A stretch of DNA of 64,000 bases from Flaccisagitta enflata (GCA_965153355.1 OZ231126.1:30876001-30940000), one strand, 5' to 3'. Shown: positions 23,893 through 38,999, counted from the stretch's first letter. Numbers and translations: made by a program. Notes: generated by a model not told the origin, from the letters alone.

Positions 23893-25109
23893 CGAGAGAC
23901 AGACAGACAGACAGACAGAGTACGGACTACAAATCCAACTTGGTTTCCATGTTGACAACGAGTTGAAGTTGGCGCCTGGTGTTCTTGAGTTTTTTAGACA
24001 CATGGTTGTCTACTTAGACTTTCATCATCCTGTAAAAGTGCATGGTTATCTTCTAGTCAACATTTTCACACGATTCCGAATTCTACGCAAAGAAATGACA
24101 AAATTTTCCAGATGGATTTTAGTTGCGTGCACGTGACTCTACAACCCACTTTGTCCGTCGGTCGGTCGGTCGGTTGGTTGGTCATTCTTCTTGAATTGCG
24201 AAATACAAAGAGAGCAATTAGGTTTTTTTCAGCAACGAGAAAGAATATGGAAAGTGCCTCATTTGCCAAACTCGCATAAAAACAACCAACTACTCGACAA
24301 CGAACTTAATTACTTATCTCAAACAATTTTCAGCTCATCGAATTGAGAATCTTTTTTGAATTTGCATATCCCAAACATAACACAACAATGTGTTTTGCAG
24401 AATCAAATGATCATGTATGAATTAAATCTAACTGATTCACGAGCACTTAGCACATTTTTCATTGAAATTTTACTATATATTAAATGATGAACGTTTTATT
24501 GCATTGATTGGGTAGTGGGTATCGGGTATTGATGGGGTATTGTACCCCAATACTTAAGAATATAGTATTGTATCGTATAGTATTGGAATCGCCCCAATAA
24601 TTAGCTAGATTGTATAGTAAATCGTATAGTTAAGAATAAGTCAGAATCGCCCGGGCTTGCTCTGAGAGCAGGATTTGGGTCTCTGAGGCCAGGATTTATG
24701 TGTTTGAGGCTAGAACCTGGGTTTCAGAGGCCAGAATCTGGGTCCCAGAGGTCAAGATTTGGGTCTCTTTAGAAGGCTAGGATGTGGGGTTTAAAGGCCA
24801 GAATCTAGGTATCAGAAGCCAGAATCTAGGTCTAAGGGGCCAAAATGGTAGAACTCAGACCAGAATTCAGGTTTTCTAGCCAGATTTAGACCATTTTGCT
24901 TGGATTTGGGCCATACAGTTTGGATTGGGGCCCCAAAGAAGACGAAGCCCTAAGGGTGGGGCAGGGGGGGGACGGACGGATGGATGGACGTACGTACGGA
25001 CAGACAGATTCCCCCTGTGTTCTACAGGACTTCATCCCCTTCGGAGCCGCTGCCCAAAAGTCAACCCCCCTGAAAATGAAACTCATTTCATTCTAATGGC
25101 AGCAATATC

Positions 25110-26570
25110 TGCATTTGCGGATACATGGCTACCCTAGTCGCGTGCGGGTGGGCAGGAGCAGTGCTGGAGAAGGTCACTAAGGCATCTGGGCAGGAGCCGT
25201 ATGCTCAACTAGTCATCCAAGGATCGCACATGGTCAGCGGTACCCGATGCCCTGCTTGGAGTGATCAAGTGAAGTAGTGGACTGAGAGCAGGGCAGCAGC
25301 CCCAAAGGGCCGATGTCCTGTAGGACACAGGGGGTAATTTCTAGACGTCCTGAGGGGCAATATATAAGGCCTAAGAGGGATTTGAGGTTTAGGGGGAAGA
25401 TTTTGGGCCTGAAGATTAGATATGAGATCCGGGGGTAGGCTTGAGGCATTAGGGGTAGATTGGAGGCCTGGAGGGCTGATTTGAGGCCTGGAATGCTGAT
25501 TTTAGGGCTGGAGAGCAGATTTGAGGCCTGGAGAGCTGATTTGAGAGCTGATTTGAAGCCTGGAGAGCTGATTTGAGGTCTGGAGGGCTGATTTGAGGCC
25601 TGGAGGGCTCATTTGAGGGCTCAGAGGGCCTAAATCAGGCCTGAGAGTGAGGATTTTAGGCCTCAATGGCCAACCGGGGGGGGGGGACGGACGGACGTTA
25701 GGAAATTACCCCCTGTGTCCTACAGGACATCGGCCCTTTGGGGCCGCTGCCCAAAAAGCTCAAAACCGCCGAAAAAGTAACAGGTCGCCCAAGGGCAATA
25801 CGTGGTCAGCGATACCCGTTGCCCTGCTTTGCTTGGTTGTAAATCGAAATGAGAGGCAGGGCAGCGGCCCCGAAGGGAACGAAGTCCTGTAGAACACAGG
25901 GGACTTTCGTTCATTCGTCCATCTGTCCGTCCGCCCCCCCAGGCCCTCTCAGGCCTGAAATCTCAGGCCTAAAATCTGCCATCTCAGGCCTGAAATCTGC
26001 CCTCTCAGGCCTGAAATCTGAGAAGGCAGATTTCAGGCCTGAGAGGGCAGATTTTAGGCCTGAGAGGGCAGATCTTAGGCCTGAGAGAGCAGGTTTTAGG
26101 TCTGAGAGGGCAGGTTTCAGGCCTGGAAAGACAAATTTCAGGCCTGAGAGGGCAGATTCAAGGCCTGAGAGGGCAGATTCAAGGCCTGAGAGGGCAGATT
26201 CAAGGCCTGAGAGGGCAGATTTTAGGCTTGATAGGGCAGATTTTTGGCCTGAGAGGGCAGGTTTCAGGCCTGAGAGGGCAGATTCAAGGCCTGAGAGGGC
26301 AGATTCAAGGCCTGAGAGGGCAGATTCAAGGCCTGAGAGGGCAGATTTCAGGCCTGAGAAGGCAGATTTTAGGCCTGAGAGGGCAGATTTCAGGCCTGAG
26401 AGGGCCTGGGGGGGACGAACGAACGGACGGACAAATGAACGAAAGTCCCCTGTGTTCTACAGGACTTCGTCCCCTTCGGGGCCACTGCCCAAAAAGGGGA
26501 CCAAGCGACCAACGGACCGACCAACGGACCGACATAGCGGGGTGTATAGTCGCGTAGCACGCGACTAAAA
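25110..26570 (-). mobile_element. Family A HINE interrupted by two family B HINEs (about 25207-25756 and 25779-26494)
   Basis: Removing both inserts restores GCTCAAAAAGC.CAAAA.CGCCGAAAAAGTAAAAAGGGGA, as in the intact copy near 5340-5400; inserts sit in A/T runs without TSD. Confidence 0.78.
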
Positions 26571-27799
26571 AGAATCGTCGAATTAAATGAGTGTATGACA
26601 GTTGACAACATTACATCAAAACCAAAAAATGATACGGACAAGAGCCTTGGGAGCTCTCACTGGAGTTTAATGCGCACCCCTCACTACTATCCTTAGAATT
26701 ATCAAAATCCATCTCAACCCTTACCAAAGAGCAACTCATCAGATACAAACCAACAGCAAGAAAAACCTATAATTGTCGGCTATTAATGAAATATACAAGT
26801 GACAAGAAAGAGTACCAGATATCTGCATTGAACGCCACTTCATTCCTCACAGCTATCTGATCTTCCCATTGTAAAATGCCTATAACATCCATAGCCTCAA
26901 ATCAAGATTTTTCCCACTAACTGAGAATAATCCACCAAGTCACTCTGAGTTAACCCCAAATTCTCAGATATATTATTAGTAATCATAATCCAAATTGAGC
27001 AAAACAAATTACCAAAGGATAAATGAATTATCAAAGATAATGTAGCCATCAAAGGCAATGTTGCGAAGAAACCATACCATAAAGGCAAGAATCGAGAGTC
27101 AACCTTACTGGGACCGCCGGCATTCTTAACCAAGGTACTAAACTATATGAAACTATATGAAACTGTATGTATCGATAAAAGGTTTAGGATGCAATTTTTT
27201 TTTTCTTGATGGTTCTTTTTAGTTACGCACACGCAACTCTATAAGAGGCTTCGTTTGTCCGTCCGTCTGTCCATCCGTCCATCCGTCCGTCCTTCCGTCA
27301 GTCGATGAACACGAGTGGAAAAGTGGGAAAATAAGCGTTTTATATACTTATTGTGTATGATTGTCTGTTGGGCTGAGGGGTTGGGCCGAGGCTGAGGGGT
27401 TTGGGTGCGGATGGAGGCTGGATGCCCCTACCCAGCTATCCGCAACGATATTGTGACCCCGCGTCACTTTTTTTCAATCTTTATGTATTACCTAAATGAA
27501 TTTTCAAAATAGTGAAACAATAATGAATAAAAATAAACAGCACTCATGCTATCAATTTTATAATGACTGGTTAAACACAGTGGCTTAGTTGCGAACTTGC
27601 GACTCTGTCAAGGGTTTGGATCGTCCGTTGTTTCGTCGGTCTGTTAGCCAGTAATAATTGAGTCGAAACGAGTAACAACGCGCAGTAAAGTAGTGCGAGT
27701 TAGTCAAGTGTTTGAGTGGAGGGGGGGTGTACGCCCCTGCCTCCCCGTCCGCGGCGATATTGTAACCCCGGGTTACTTCTTTTATCTCGCCATAGTTAC

Positions 27800-28071
27800 C
27801 CGCCGATGACGCGGACGACTTCGCGCAGTTGATTCACTTTCGTCCTGTCTTTGTAGAATTTTGGGTGAGATAACGAGAGTCCTGATTGGTCGAGAGCGAG
27901 GACCAATCGTTCGTCGCCTAAAATGTCTCGAAGTGGCGCGAACTCGAAAAGCGCTTCCGCTTTGAGTTTGAGAAGCGCCACTTGAAGCGCGTGCGTGAGA
28001 TTCCACGAGTCGGCGACGCGGTTTAACGGAAGTGGGTAGGCGCCGACCATGTCGCGTAGAACGGCGACCAC
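27800..28071 (-). CDS. M13 peptidase exon 4
   Basis: ccccAG acceptor, GG|GTAAC donor; VVAVLRDMVGAYPL...LALDQSGLSL matches the M13 N-domain 'LDQ..LgL'; phases 0/2. Confidence 0.88.
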
Positions 28072-28250
28072 CTGGGGTTAGAGGAGAAGGAAGAGGAGGA
28101 GGATGAAGAAGAGGAAAAGGCGAAAGTTGGGAATTGAAAAAAAAAATTGCGAGAGATTCCATGTGGCCAAAGATCAAAAAGAATGAGCCAACAACAACAA
28201 ATAGACTGTGACCAATTCACTGTAACGAGAACGACACACACACACACATA

Positions 28251-28359
<109 letters not shown>

Positions 28360-28361
28360 AC

Positions 28362-28543
28362 CTGTTGTTTGATTTTCTGCTCGTGCTTTGAGGCATCGAT
28401 GCATTGAGTGGCGAGGGTTTTGACTTTCCGTTCTGAACTCTTTTCGTATTTCCGCTTCACCGGCTGGAACACCAACTCTTCCACTTTTCGTGCGTTTTCA
28501 TGGTGCACGTGGTACAACCCCGTGCCCACAGTCTGACCTGGAC
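28362..28543 (-). CDS. M13 peptidase exon 3
   Basis: tctacAG acceptor, CAG|GTCAGT donor; ...SSERKVKTLATQCID resembles the M13 'K.k..Y.sCmd' segment; phases 1/0 fit the neighbours. Confidence 0.85.
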
Positions 28544-28604
28544 CTGTAGAGCGAAATACGAAAACTCGTCTTATAATCTTTTTTGTCTCTGTTGTCGTTA
28601 TTTC

Positions 28605-28703
<99 letters not shown>

Positions 28704-28764
28704 CGTTGTTGTTGTTGTAGTTGTCGTTGTTGTCGTTGTTGTTGTTTTCGTCTCAGCTGTTGCT

Positions 28765-28859
<95 letters not shown>

Positions 28860-28876
28860 CGTTCAAAGATTCTTAC

Positions 28877-29110
28877 CAGGTGGTAATTCTGTTTTCTGCA
28901 CCCAACCGCCGCAACTGTAGTTGTAAAAGTCTTGACAAGGATCGACGGCGAAATTCATGTGTGAAGCAACTCGACGGCCGATTCGACATCGATGCGTCCA
29001 ACACTTGGTCGACAGCCAAATCACGATGCCCACCGCCAACACCACGAACAACAGCAACGCCAACAGCAACCCGTAACGGCAACTCCTCTTCCGCTCCACG
29101 CGGACCACTG
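28877..29110 (-). CDS. M13 peptidase exon 2: basic stop-transfer, signal-anchor TM, DPCxDFYxYxCGGW motif
   Basis: RKRSCRYGLLLALLLFVVLAVGIVIWL...MNFAVDPCQDFYNYSCGGW; polypyrimidine tract plus TAG acceptor; G|GTAAGA donor. Confidence 0.92.
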
Positions 29111-29602
29111 CTATAGAAAAAAGCAAAAAGCAAAAAAAAAAAAACAAAAAACAAAATGAAAAGATTGAACAGGGCAAAAGGTTGTAAAAGGCAAAAAGAG
29201 GCCACAAGAACAGCGAAATTAGACATGGGCTGGATTAGAGGCTAAGTCCGAAAGTAAGAATGGGCAGAGGCATTCTGATTTATAAGATTATGATGGTACC
29301 TCCAGCGTCTTGGGAAAAACTGATAGATGTCAAGAAAATGTTCTCTGCTCAAGTCAGCTCGACCTCTCACTAGAACTGGGTAAATGATGAGAGCTCTCTT
29401 AACCTTTATATGTATGCGTATGTGTGTGTTTCGATCATCGATTAAAAAATATTTTGCTGAATTTAGTCAAATTAGCTTACAAATAAGTCAATCACTTTAA
29501 AGCTTTATAAAGCCTCTATAGTCTTTTTTCTCAAGCCGCAAAAATTTCACATATATATTCACGCAACGATTCATATGGTTAGAAATCCCAGATTTTACTG
29601 AC

Positions 29603-29636
29603 CTGCTTCGCGATTGTCATTCGTCGTAAGAACCAT
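29603..29636 (-). CDS. M13 peptidase (neprilysin/ECE-like), coding exon 1 (MVLTTNDNREA)
   Basis: caacATG at 29636, 34 nt, donor G|GTCAGT; phase 1 matches the exon 2 acceptor; gives the short cytoplasmic N-tail of a type II membrane protein. Confidence 0.7.
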
Positions 29637-30373
29637 GTTGACGACTGTTTGAAGACGACGACGAAAAATTGAAGATGAACCGCACGCGCGATAACTTTTC
29701 AACACGTAACCCCCTCAAAAATCAGCTCCTCTTCTCCCCCCTCTTCCGCTCCTTCGAAAGATTCGGTCAAGATGTCATTTCGTACAATTTCTATTTTTTT
29801 AAAACTTCTGTCAACGATATAATGAGATTTGTTAGAAAAGAAAGAGCGGGACAAAAAAAAAAAAAAAAAAAAACGCAAAAGAATTATTTTTAACACGAAG
29901 ATTTCTTTTCAAGCAGCCTCATCCCGCCCCATTACCAAGGCCAGGTGCAGGGGGATAGAACCATTTCGGCTGAATACTGTTGAGTTCTGTCAACATTACA
30001 TCTTTTGTCAGAATTGTGTGGTGTTTTTTCTTCGCGACGCTTGGATCATCTCGGTGGGTCGATCAACATTTTTTTTCGGTCCGTCCATCTTTCCGTCTAC
30101 CTGACAAAGAGGCCTTGGTTTTTGGTAGGTAAGTGTTTTTTGGCTAAGTTGACCACTTAATTCACTGCCCCTGCCCACCAGATAAAAGCAGCACTCACTC
30201 TGGCCTTCTATCCAGGTCCTCCAACCCCTTCAAAAGTCGAATGAATTGCATCAAGATACTTTTAGAATGAAAAAACAAATCGATTGAGATAAAACACAAA
30301 AACTGTTTTGAAATTTCTTTTGAATTTCGAAGATTTAAGAGGAGAATGTGAAAGGAATAAGAGAGAGAGAGAA

Positions 30374-30466
<93 letters not shown>

Positions 30467-30898
30467 ATATGTCATAAAAATGCCCGCTGGAGTGACTGCT
30501 AAGTAGTGGAGTGAGAGGTGCCAAACCTGTAGACAGGTGAGACGTCCAGGATTTGCAGGTTTTAGCCCAAAATAGCAGATTTGAGGTTTGGGGGCAGGCT
30601 TGAGGCCCAGAGGACAAATTTGAGGCCTGAAGGCTGATTTGAAGCCAGCAGCTGATTTGAGGTCTGGAGGGCTGATTTGGTCTGAGGCACATATAGAGGT
30701 CCGAAGAGCTGATTTGAGCTCTCAAGGGCTAAACTGAGGTCTGAAAGGGCTAATTTGATGGCTCAGGGGACCAAAATCAGGCCTGAGACTGCAGAAATGA
30801 GGCTTCGATTGCAAGGGGGGTGAAGGACGGAAGAAGACAAGACGGAAGGACGGGACGCCCGAGGCCTGAAATCACAGACATCGGTCTCTGCTGCCCCC

Positions 30899-30958
<60 letters not shown>

Positions 30959-30979
30959 AACCGACTTTCCTATGAGTTT

Positions 30980-31056
<77 letters not shown>

Positions 31057-33110
31057 ACACTTACACTTACACTTACACTTGCTACAACATCAAAACTTCA
31101 AACAAAAACTAGACTTTCAAAAACAAGAACCCCCGCGAATCTATCGGCGAACGCCTTCGTCTGACTTGAATGTAATTCTCGAAGTATTATCTCAAACGTT
31201 GGTCATGTTCTTCAAAGCTAGCCCATACCATTCCGTATTCAAACAATATCGCAGGCCAGACTTGTTTTTCGAATGCCATGCCATGTCGGGAAAAGCCAAT
31301 ATGCAACAAAAAATCGATGAGACCGACCGACCGACCGACCGATGCGACCTCTGAAGAACGTTCTCTTTTGAAAAAAAAGTTTTGATCGAATCTAGTCTTG
31401 TGGAATGAAATTTTGCGTAACATAAGGACGGACAGTCGCGGATAGGTCAATAACTAAGTCTAAGACCCGTACCTTCTTCATTCAAGGTGAAATGAGAGAG
31501 TATGAAATGAGATAATATTGGGCCCTTTCAAAAAACAAAAACAAAAACAAAAAAATACACAGCCATCAATCTCGTTTGAAAAAATCTTTTAAGCTTATTC
31601 TCAGAGTCGTCAAATGAGTGATCTGAAATCAATTTTTTCCTTAAAGAGCATTGATTGAAGTTTTTCATATCAAAATTTCACGGACTTAGGTGAAACATTT
31701 TTCATTTCATATCTATTTGTAGTATGAGGAGTTTTAGGGGTAAAATATAGGGAAAAAGTGGTTTGACAAGGTAGTTCCTCTTTAAATTGGTCTCATTTCT
31801 CAACGGCTTGAGCCACAGATTCCAGATTAGTTTCAAATGGAAGATAATTTGATTTAGTTTTAGCTATCAAAAAAAGGAAAACAGTCCTAAACCTATTTTT
31901 CTTACTTTTTATTGAAAAATCTACAAATCAAAGAAATTTTGTCAAAAAGGCCATGAAACTTACTCTGAATGTCAATTCATTAGCCAACCAAAGAAGATAT
32001 GGAAAACTACATCAAATTATCTTTCATTTCAGACCAATCTGGCATTTGTAGTTTAGAAATGAGAGCATTTTAAAAAAAGACACTCTTGAAAGCAAAATTT
32101 CAATTTTGCTTCAGCTGGTAATTCTAATAGCAAAATTACTTCTAAATGAGGCTGTAGGCATACTATCCAACCAAGACCAACAAAATTTTGACACAAACAA
32201 GGCCAAACACGGCTACTTAAAGAGAAAATCAATCTCAAATCATAAGAATGACACAATAGCTTAATACGTTTTTTCAGTTGAGATTGATGACCCTGCACCA
32301 ATTCACAAAGAAAAGGCCGTCTCCTGAAAAGTCAATAATAAGTACGAAGGCCGTCACGCCACCTGAGGAAATATTTCCTTCAGTTCAAAGTCGAGAATGA
32401 AAGTGAAAGTGTCAAAGTGTAAAGAGAGGAAGGTACGAGTCCGTTGGCGAAAATTATAGGACCAAACGATTTCACTTGAACGAGGTTGTTTGTTGATCTA
32501 AGAACGCGTTAATGTGAGCATAATCGGAAAAAAAAGTCAAAGTCAGTCTGCGACTTTTTGACATATTTGAGAGAAACATGGTTTTTATTTTCAAAAAGTT
32601 TGATAGTTGATACTCATCGGACTGATTAAGTTTGTCGAAGAAATTGATAAAGTAAAATTTTTTGATAATTCTCTTTTTTAAGTAAGATCAATAAAGGAGT
32701 GTACTTATGTTTGTTTGAGCATATGAATATATAAAAAAATTGTTTATGAGCATAGCTGCTCATCTCTGAGGGTGCTTTCAATCATTCTAGCTATTATCGC
32801 ACATTTAGTTCAGTCTTTTTTTATATTCTGAGTGCGATAAATAGAAAAACATTTTGATATATATTTTAGCAAGCAGTTATAAAAAAGTGATTGAGTATTT
32901 TTGCTCATCAAGCTCAATTGGCTTAGTTCTTTCTCTCTCTGATTTTCCGTGCAATCAATTCATACAATTGCTCTTGATTTGATCCAAAAAGTAAAGAAAA
33001 TTGAAGAGACTAAAGACAAAAACTTGGTGAAATATGACCAATGCTTACGACTTTTTTCCTCACGGCGACAGTGGCCGTTACTGGTAGCAATAATGGGTTT
33101 GTCATTTTTC

Positions 33111-33221
<111 letters not shown>

Positions 33222-33920
33222 TGAGAAAGAGAGATTCAGAGATTCATGACTAATTGCGCTGCGCTGAAGTGAATAAAAGGAAAGGTATTTAAGTTCAAGA
33301 ATGAGCAAAATCAAAGAAAGTTCACGAAAGAACTGAGGACCATCAAAAGAAGCAAGGTACGACTCAAGAGGATCAATAGCGGAAGCGTGCGTTGGTTGTT
33401 TTGAAAGGCGTCAATCGCCTCGATCCGCGTGATTTTTGAAGAGGCGTAAACGATAATCAGAGAAACAGTTGGATAACGGACGGGCAGACGGACACACAGA
33501 CGTAAGGACAGACGTATGGACAGTCCCTCTTTCAGAACTGCGATGACGCAGCTAAAAAGGGGCTAAAAAAATTCAAATAAGGCTTTTTAAACTTCCGTAA
33601 TCAGGAAAACAAGATTACTCTAGTCGCGTGCGGGTGGGCAGGGGCAGATTATCTTTCTAATTGCGGACACGCAACTATTTATAAGAGGCTTTGTCCGATC
33701 GTTGGTCCGTTGGTTCGTCGGTCCGTTGGTCTGTTCGTATTGATCGGGTTGAAAATTGGAAAACGAGCGTTTTAGATACTTAGTGTATGTTTGTGTGTGT
33801 GTGAGCCTGGGAGGTGTGGGTGGGGCCATGGGGTTGGTGTGTGGACATGGATGTGGGTAGAATGCAAAACGATATTTTGAACCCGCGTCAGTTGTGTAAA
33901 TTTTTAAGTTATCGTTTAAG

Positions 33921-35035
33921 AAACAAGGCCAAGAGAGGTCCAAAATGGCAAAAGACGCGTCCTCTGTAGACGTAAGATATCATCATACAAATTTCTAAGA
34001 TATAAAGATAATAAGATATGAAAATATAAAGATTCAGAGGTAAAGAGAAAAATGTAAACTAATTCCTCTCTACCCCCCCCCCCACGCCTCTCCACCCCTA
34101 CCCCCAACGCCTCCTCACCCCTCCCCCTACACCTCCCCACCCCTCCCCCCACACCTCCTCACCCCTCACCACCATTCCCCCCACGCCTGCCCATCCCTCC
34201 CCCACGCCTCCTCACCCCTCCCCCCACGCCTCCCAACCCCTCCCCCCCACGCCTCCCCCATGCCCCCCACACCTCCCCACCCCTCACCACCCCTCCCCCA
34301 CGCATCCCCACCCCTCCCCCCACGCCTAAACACCCCTCCACCCCACGCCTCCCCACACTCCCCCACGCCTCCCCACACCCCCCGCCTCATCCTCACGCAG
34401 AGACATGAAGGGACTTGGAGGGACTTAGAGAGACATGGAGAGATATGGAGAGACATGAAGAGACATGAGGAAACATATTGCGACATAAGAGACATATAGA
34501 GACATGAAGAGACATGAAGAGACATAAGAGACATAAGAGACATAAGAGACATAAGAGACATAAGAGACATAAGAGACATAAGAGACATAAGAGACAAAAA
34601 AAATAAGAGAGACATAAGAGACATATGAGACATATAAGAGACATAGGAGATATAAGAGACATATAGGAGACATATAGGAGACAAAAGGGACAAAGAGACA
34701 TAAGAGACATAAGAGACATAAGTAACATAAGAGAAATAAGTAACATAAGAGAAATAAGAGACATAAGAGATATAAGGGACATTTTGGAGACATAAGAGAC
34801 ATATAGGAGACAAAAGAGACATAGGAGACAAAAGAGACATAAAGGAGACAAAAGAGACAAAAGAGATGAAAGAGATGAAAGAGACAAATGAAATATAAGA
34901 GACAAGAAGATATATGAAGAAAAATGAAGAGAAAACCTTAAAAATTGCGTTTTGAAATTTTCTCGTGACGGACATCCAGACAGACAGACCAAGGGACACA
35001 CCCTCTTATAGAGATGCGAGGACGCATGTAAAAAC
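33921..35035 (-). mobile_element. HINE-like family E inflated by C-rich and (AGAGACATA)n arrays
   Basis: AACAAGGCC start and TATAGAGATGCGAGGACGCAT.TAAAA end, as in the short copy at 36461-36735. Confidence 0.6.
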
Positions 35036-35454
35036 TCATACTTTCAGTAAAGTTGATTCCTAAGGATAATTAACTGTTATAATTTTTGTCAAAATCAAAC
35101 CGACCGACGAACCCTTCCAGTTCCATTGAAAAGGGTCGTATCAAAATGATTGGACCCAAGAGCCAACAAGCTCGTCAACACGATCAACAAGTGGTCACTT
35201 GAGGTAGAGCAGAGGCAGTGGTAATGCTCACAAACCACTTTTTTGGCAAGTTTCACGTCGTCCAAAAAATCGCATTACCTACGGACGAACCAACTGACTA
35301 ATCTCGGAAAGAGTCGCTTTGAAAGCGACTAAAAAGTGCTTTTCATTCAATTAAAAAAATGTCAAGATGTGATTCATACTTCGCCCGTTTAAAAAAAAAC
35401 AACTGCACAGGTTGGCTAAAGAATTGAATCAACTGAATCGATTGAAAGTGTGGA

Positions 35455-36010
35455 AAATTGGGCAATGTGGTCAATGTGACCAATGTGGTAAATGTGGTCA
35501 AAGTGGTAAATGTGGCCAATGTAGTCAATGTGGCCAATGTGGTAAATGGGGTGAAATGTGGTCAATGTGGTCAAAGTGGTAAATGTGGTCAAAGTGGTAA
35601 ATGTGGTCAATGTGCCAATGTGGTAAATGTGGTCAAGGTGGTGAAATGTGGTCAATATGGCGAAAGTGGTAAATGTGGTCAATGTGGCCAATGTGGTAAA
35701 TGTGATGTAATGTGGTCAATATGGCCAATGTGGTAAATGTGATAAATGTGATGAAATATGGTCAATATGGCGAATGTGGTAAATGTGGTCAATGTGGCCA
35801 ATGTGGTAAATGTGATGTAATGTGGTCAATGTGGCCAATGTGGTAAATGTGATAAATGTGATAAATGTGGTGAAATGTGGTCAATATGGCGAATGTGGTA
35901 AATGTGGTCAATGTGGTCAATGTGGCCAATGTGGTAAATGTGATGTAATGTGGTCAATGTGGCCAATGTGGTAAATGTGATAAATGTGGTGAAATGTGGT
36001 CAATGTGTCC
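35455..36010. repeat. 9-bp minisatellite (AATGTGGTC/AATGTGGTA)n
   Basis: Direct reading; higher-order blocks are repeated. Confidence 0.95.
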
Positions 36011-37401
36011 AATGATCTTGGTATCCTCTTGACACGTGGCTTCGTAGGAACATCCACATTTCTTGAGTGTATCCAAAGGGAATTAAGTATTTTCTGGATA
36101 AATAAAAAGAAAGAAGAAAAAGAAAAAGAAAATAAAAGGAAAAGGGAGAAGGAAAACAAGAACGACATGTGTGGGGCCAATGGCCATATATCGCACATGT
36201 AACCCCGTGGACAGCGATGCGTGGGGTTCATTTGCGCGAACTGCTTTCTGTTCGTGGTTAAAATGCATTCAAAGTCTTTGGCTTTGAAAAACACATTGCC
36301 AATCCTGATCACATAAGGTAGTCTCACTTAATACTTGGCCTACGTGACAAACGACAAAGCGACAGACCGATTCAGCTTCTAGCTATGGTGACTAAGGTTT
36401 AATGAGACTAAAACAGAGAGGATTTATAGGAATAACGTGGGTGAGAAAAAAAAAAAAAGAAACAAGGCCATGTAGGCCAACGATGCGTCCTCTTTGATTG
36501 AAGGTTTTTTAGAAATGAATGTTTTTATGAATGAATGTTTTTTATGAACGAACATCATTAAGAATAAATGAACAACTTAATGAATGAATTACTAAATGTT
36601 TGCTACTTTTATTGGGTTAAAACTTGCATGATTTTGATGTTTTTATTGAACACGTGACCAACCAACTGACCGACCAACCAACCAACTAACCAATGGACAC
36701 AGCCCATTATAGAGATGCGAGGACGCATCTAAAAAAGAAAAGCGGAAAATAAAAGAAAAGCGGAAGGGCGAGATGAAGAAACAAAAATAAGGAAAGACTC
36801 AAAGGAGGAAGTAAAAAAGAAATATCAAAACAAAAAAAGGCTGAGAAAATCAAGAAAAAGGAATGATGAGAAAGAAATGTGGAAAAGAAGGATTTAAAGA
36901 GATAAGAAAAATAAAAAAACACGTTGAATAAGCAAGGCCAAAGGTTGCCCCATGGGATGAGATGGTAGTATCTCAAATTCTTATGCAGGGAAAAAATCAA
37001 GAAAAACTGCTTTGTTAAAGATGCAACATAATCCGTGCGTCGTGACAGCTGACTACAGATTGGTGGAGATGACTGTAGAATCTACAGTAGATGTGTTCTA
37101 GAATGATGATGTGTTCTAGAATGATGCTCATGCAACCATGCGGTGGTCTAGCAATACTAGAATGGTGGTCAAGCGATGGTCAGTTGATGGTGACGTAGTG
37201 GAGGGGTGGCCAATGAGTGGTTAAGTGATAAACAAGTTATTTAAAGGGTGGAGACTAGGTGGTTGTCATTGTATCGCATTGGTCAAGACATGGTCAAGTT
37301 GTATTGTCGAGTGGTAGTCAAAAAGTGGCAAAACTCTCGCCCGCGTACAAGCTCACGCGCAGTCGCGCACGCATGCTCATGCAGACACACGGACACACAC
37401 G

Positions 37402-37457
<56 letters not shown>

Positions 37458-37458
37458 C

Positions 37459-37489
<31 letters not shown>

Positions 37490-37602
37490 TGAACACACAC
37501 ACACACACAGTATTTGCGATTTCGGAATGATTTTGTAGTTGGATTGATATGGGATCATTAATAGGTTTCGATAATTATCTGGGAGTTCAGATAGTCATTT
37601 AA

Positions 37603-38404
37603 GGCAGTTTCTCCTATAAACTGGGCCGGCCAAAATCAAGCGCCTGATTGAGTTAACATTGAAAAAAATAATATAATTTACTGATAGTTGCATCTATCAG
37701 CTTGAATTTTTGATTCCAGGCTCAGAATTTGATACTCTTTTAATTCATACTGAAAAAATCACCTAAAGTCTTAAACTGTGTTTAAATATATAAATTTTTA
37801 TGAAAAACAGTGTGACATAAGTGTGACAAAGTGTTAACTCGATAGGACACTTTTTTAAAAATCAATATCACCGGCTAGAATTGACATGAAGGTCTGAAAT
37901 TTGGCATGTAACCTGGGTTATGTCTTTACTAAATAGGGGGGAAAATTTTTTTTTCATCACACTTAGAAATATGTTGTTTTGTGTATAGCATATTACTACA
38001 TCAAAATTGAATATTTTATCATTTTTGACAAATCAACAATGAGTGAACTTTTTCCATAGTAAATGACCACCGATCACCATGAAATTTTTTATGTTTCTTT
38101 AGGGATAGCAGTCATACAAAAATGACCCATAGTTAGATAGGCTTGACAATTTCTTGGTGCCTTTATCATAGTAGATATGAAGTGTGACACATGTGTGACC
38201 GGGAAAATAGGTTTATTTGGCTCTACTTTTGGCCACCTAACCTATCAAAATCTTGACTATGAAGCTTGTATGTTGGACACTTGGTTCCAGGAGATGTACC
38301 AGAACAGTTATCATCATCAACAAAATAATTAATGGGAGGAAACTGTGTTTATCTGCCTACCAAATCATGTTTTTCAGCTGGCCCACTTTATAGGAGAAAT
38401 TGCC
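37603..38404. mobile_element. TTAA-flanked MITE (Kolobok-like termini)
   Basis: TTAA|GGCA.TTTCTCCTATAAA.TGGGCC...|TTAA. Confidence 0.8.
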
Positions 38405-38899
38405 TTAAAGTCATGTTAAAACGACGTTGTGTGCGTCGCTGAAAGCAAAACTAAATGAATAAATGAATAAACGAATTAATGAATGAACGAATAATTGAAT
38501 GAATAATTGAATAAAGGAATTTGAGTACGTTGAAATTTTAGAATAATCACTACCGCGGTTTCATGAATGCGTGATGGACGGATGAACAGACCGGCCGAAT
38601 GATGCTTCATCTAAAGACATTCGAGGCCTCACAAGTAACAAGGCCGGATACACGGCAATCCAGTCGCGGACGGTTGGGCAGAAGCAGTGATGCGAAAACC
38701 GCTCGGAATTTAAAAATGTGACGGACGGACGATCAGACCGACCTACCGACCGACACGACAAGGCGTAGAGTCTAAAAACGCGAAAGAAGATATCGATCAT
38801 TGATCACGAGAACATTACACACGTTAAAAGTGAGAACTGAGTCTGTTCAATTGTAATCCTAAGATGATCACGTGACAGTTCTTCTGATCGGAGAGAGAG

Positions 38900-38999
<100 letters not shown>

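Noticed and set aside
23930-24120. Possible hAT transposase remnant
   Set aside because: Only a vague resemblance to the TRWNS region, and it needs frameshifts; cannot be supported by eye.
25849-26568. RPERADF heptad-repeat ORFs (also 20752-21114)
   Set aside because: Open frames produced by 21-bp tandem repeats within family B elements.
31464-32441. Putative TIR element (GACCCGTACCTTC / GAAGGTACGAGTC)
   Set aside because: Short imperfect match with no matching TSD.
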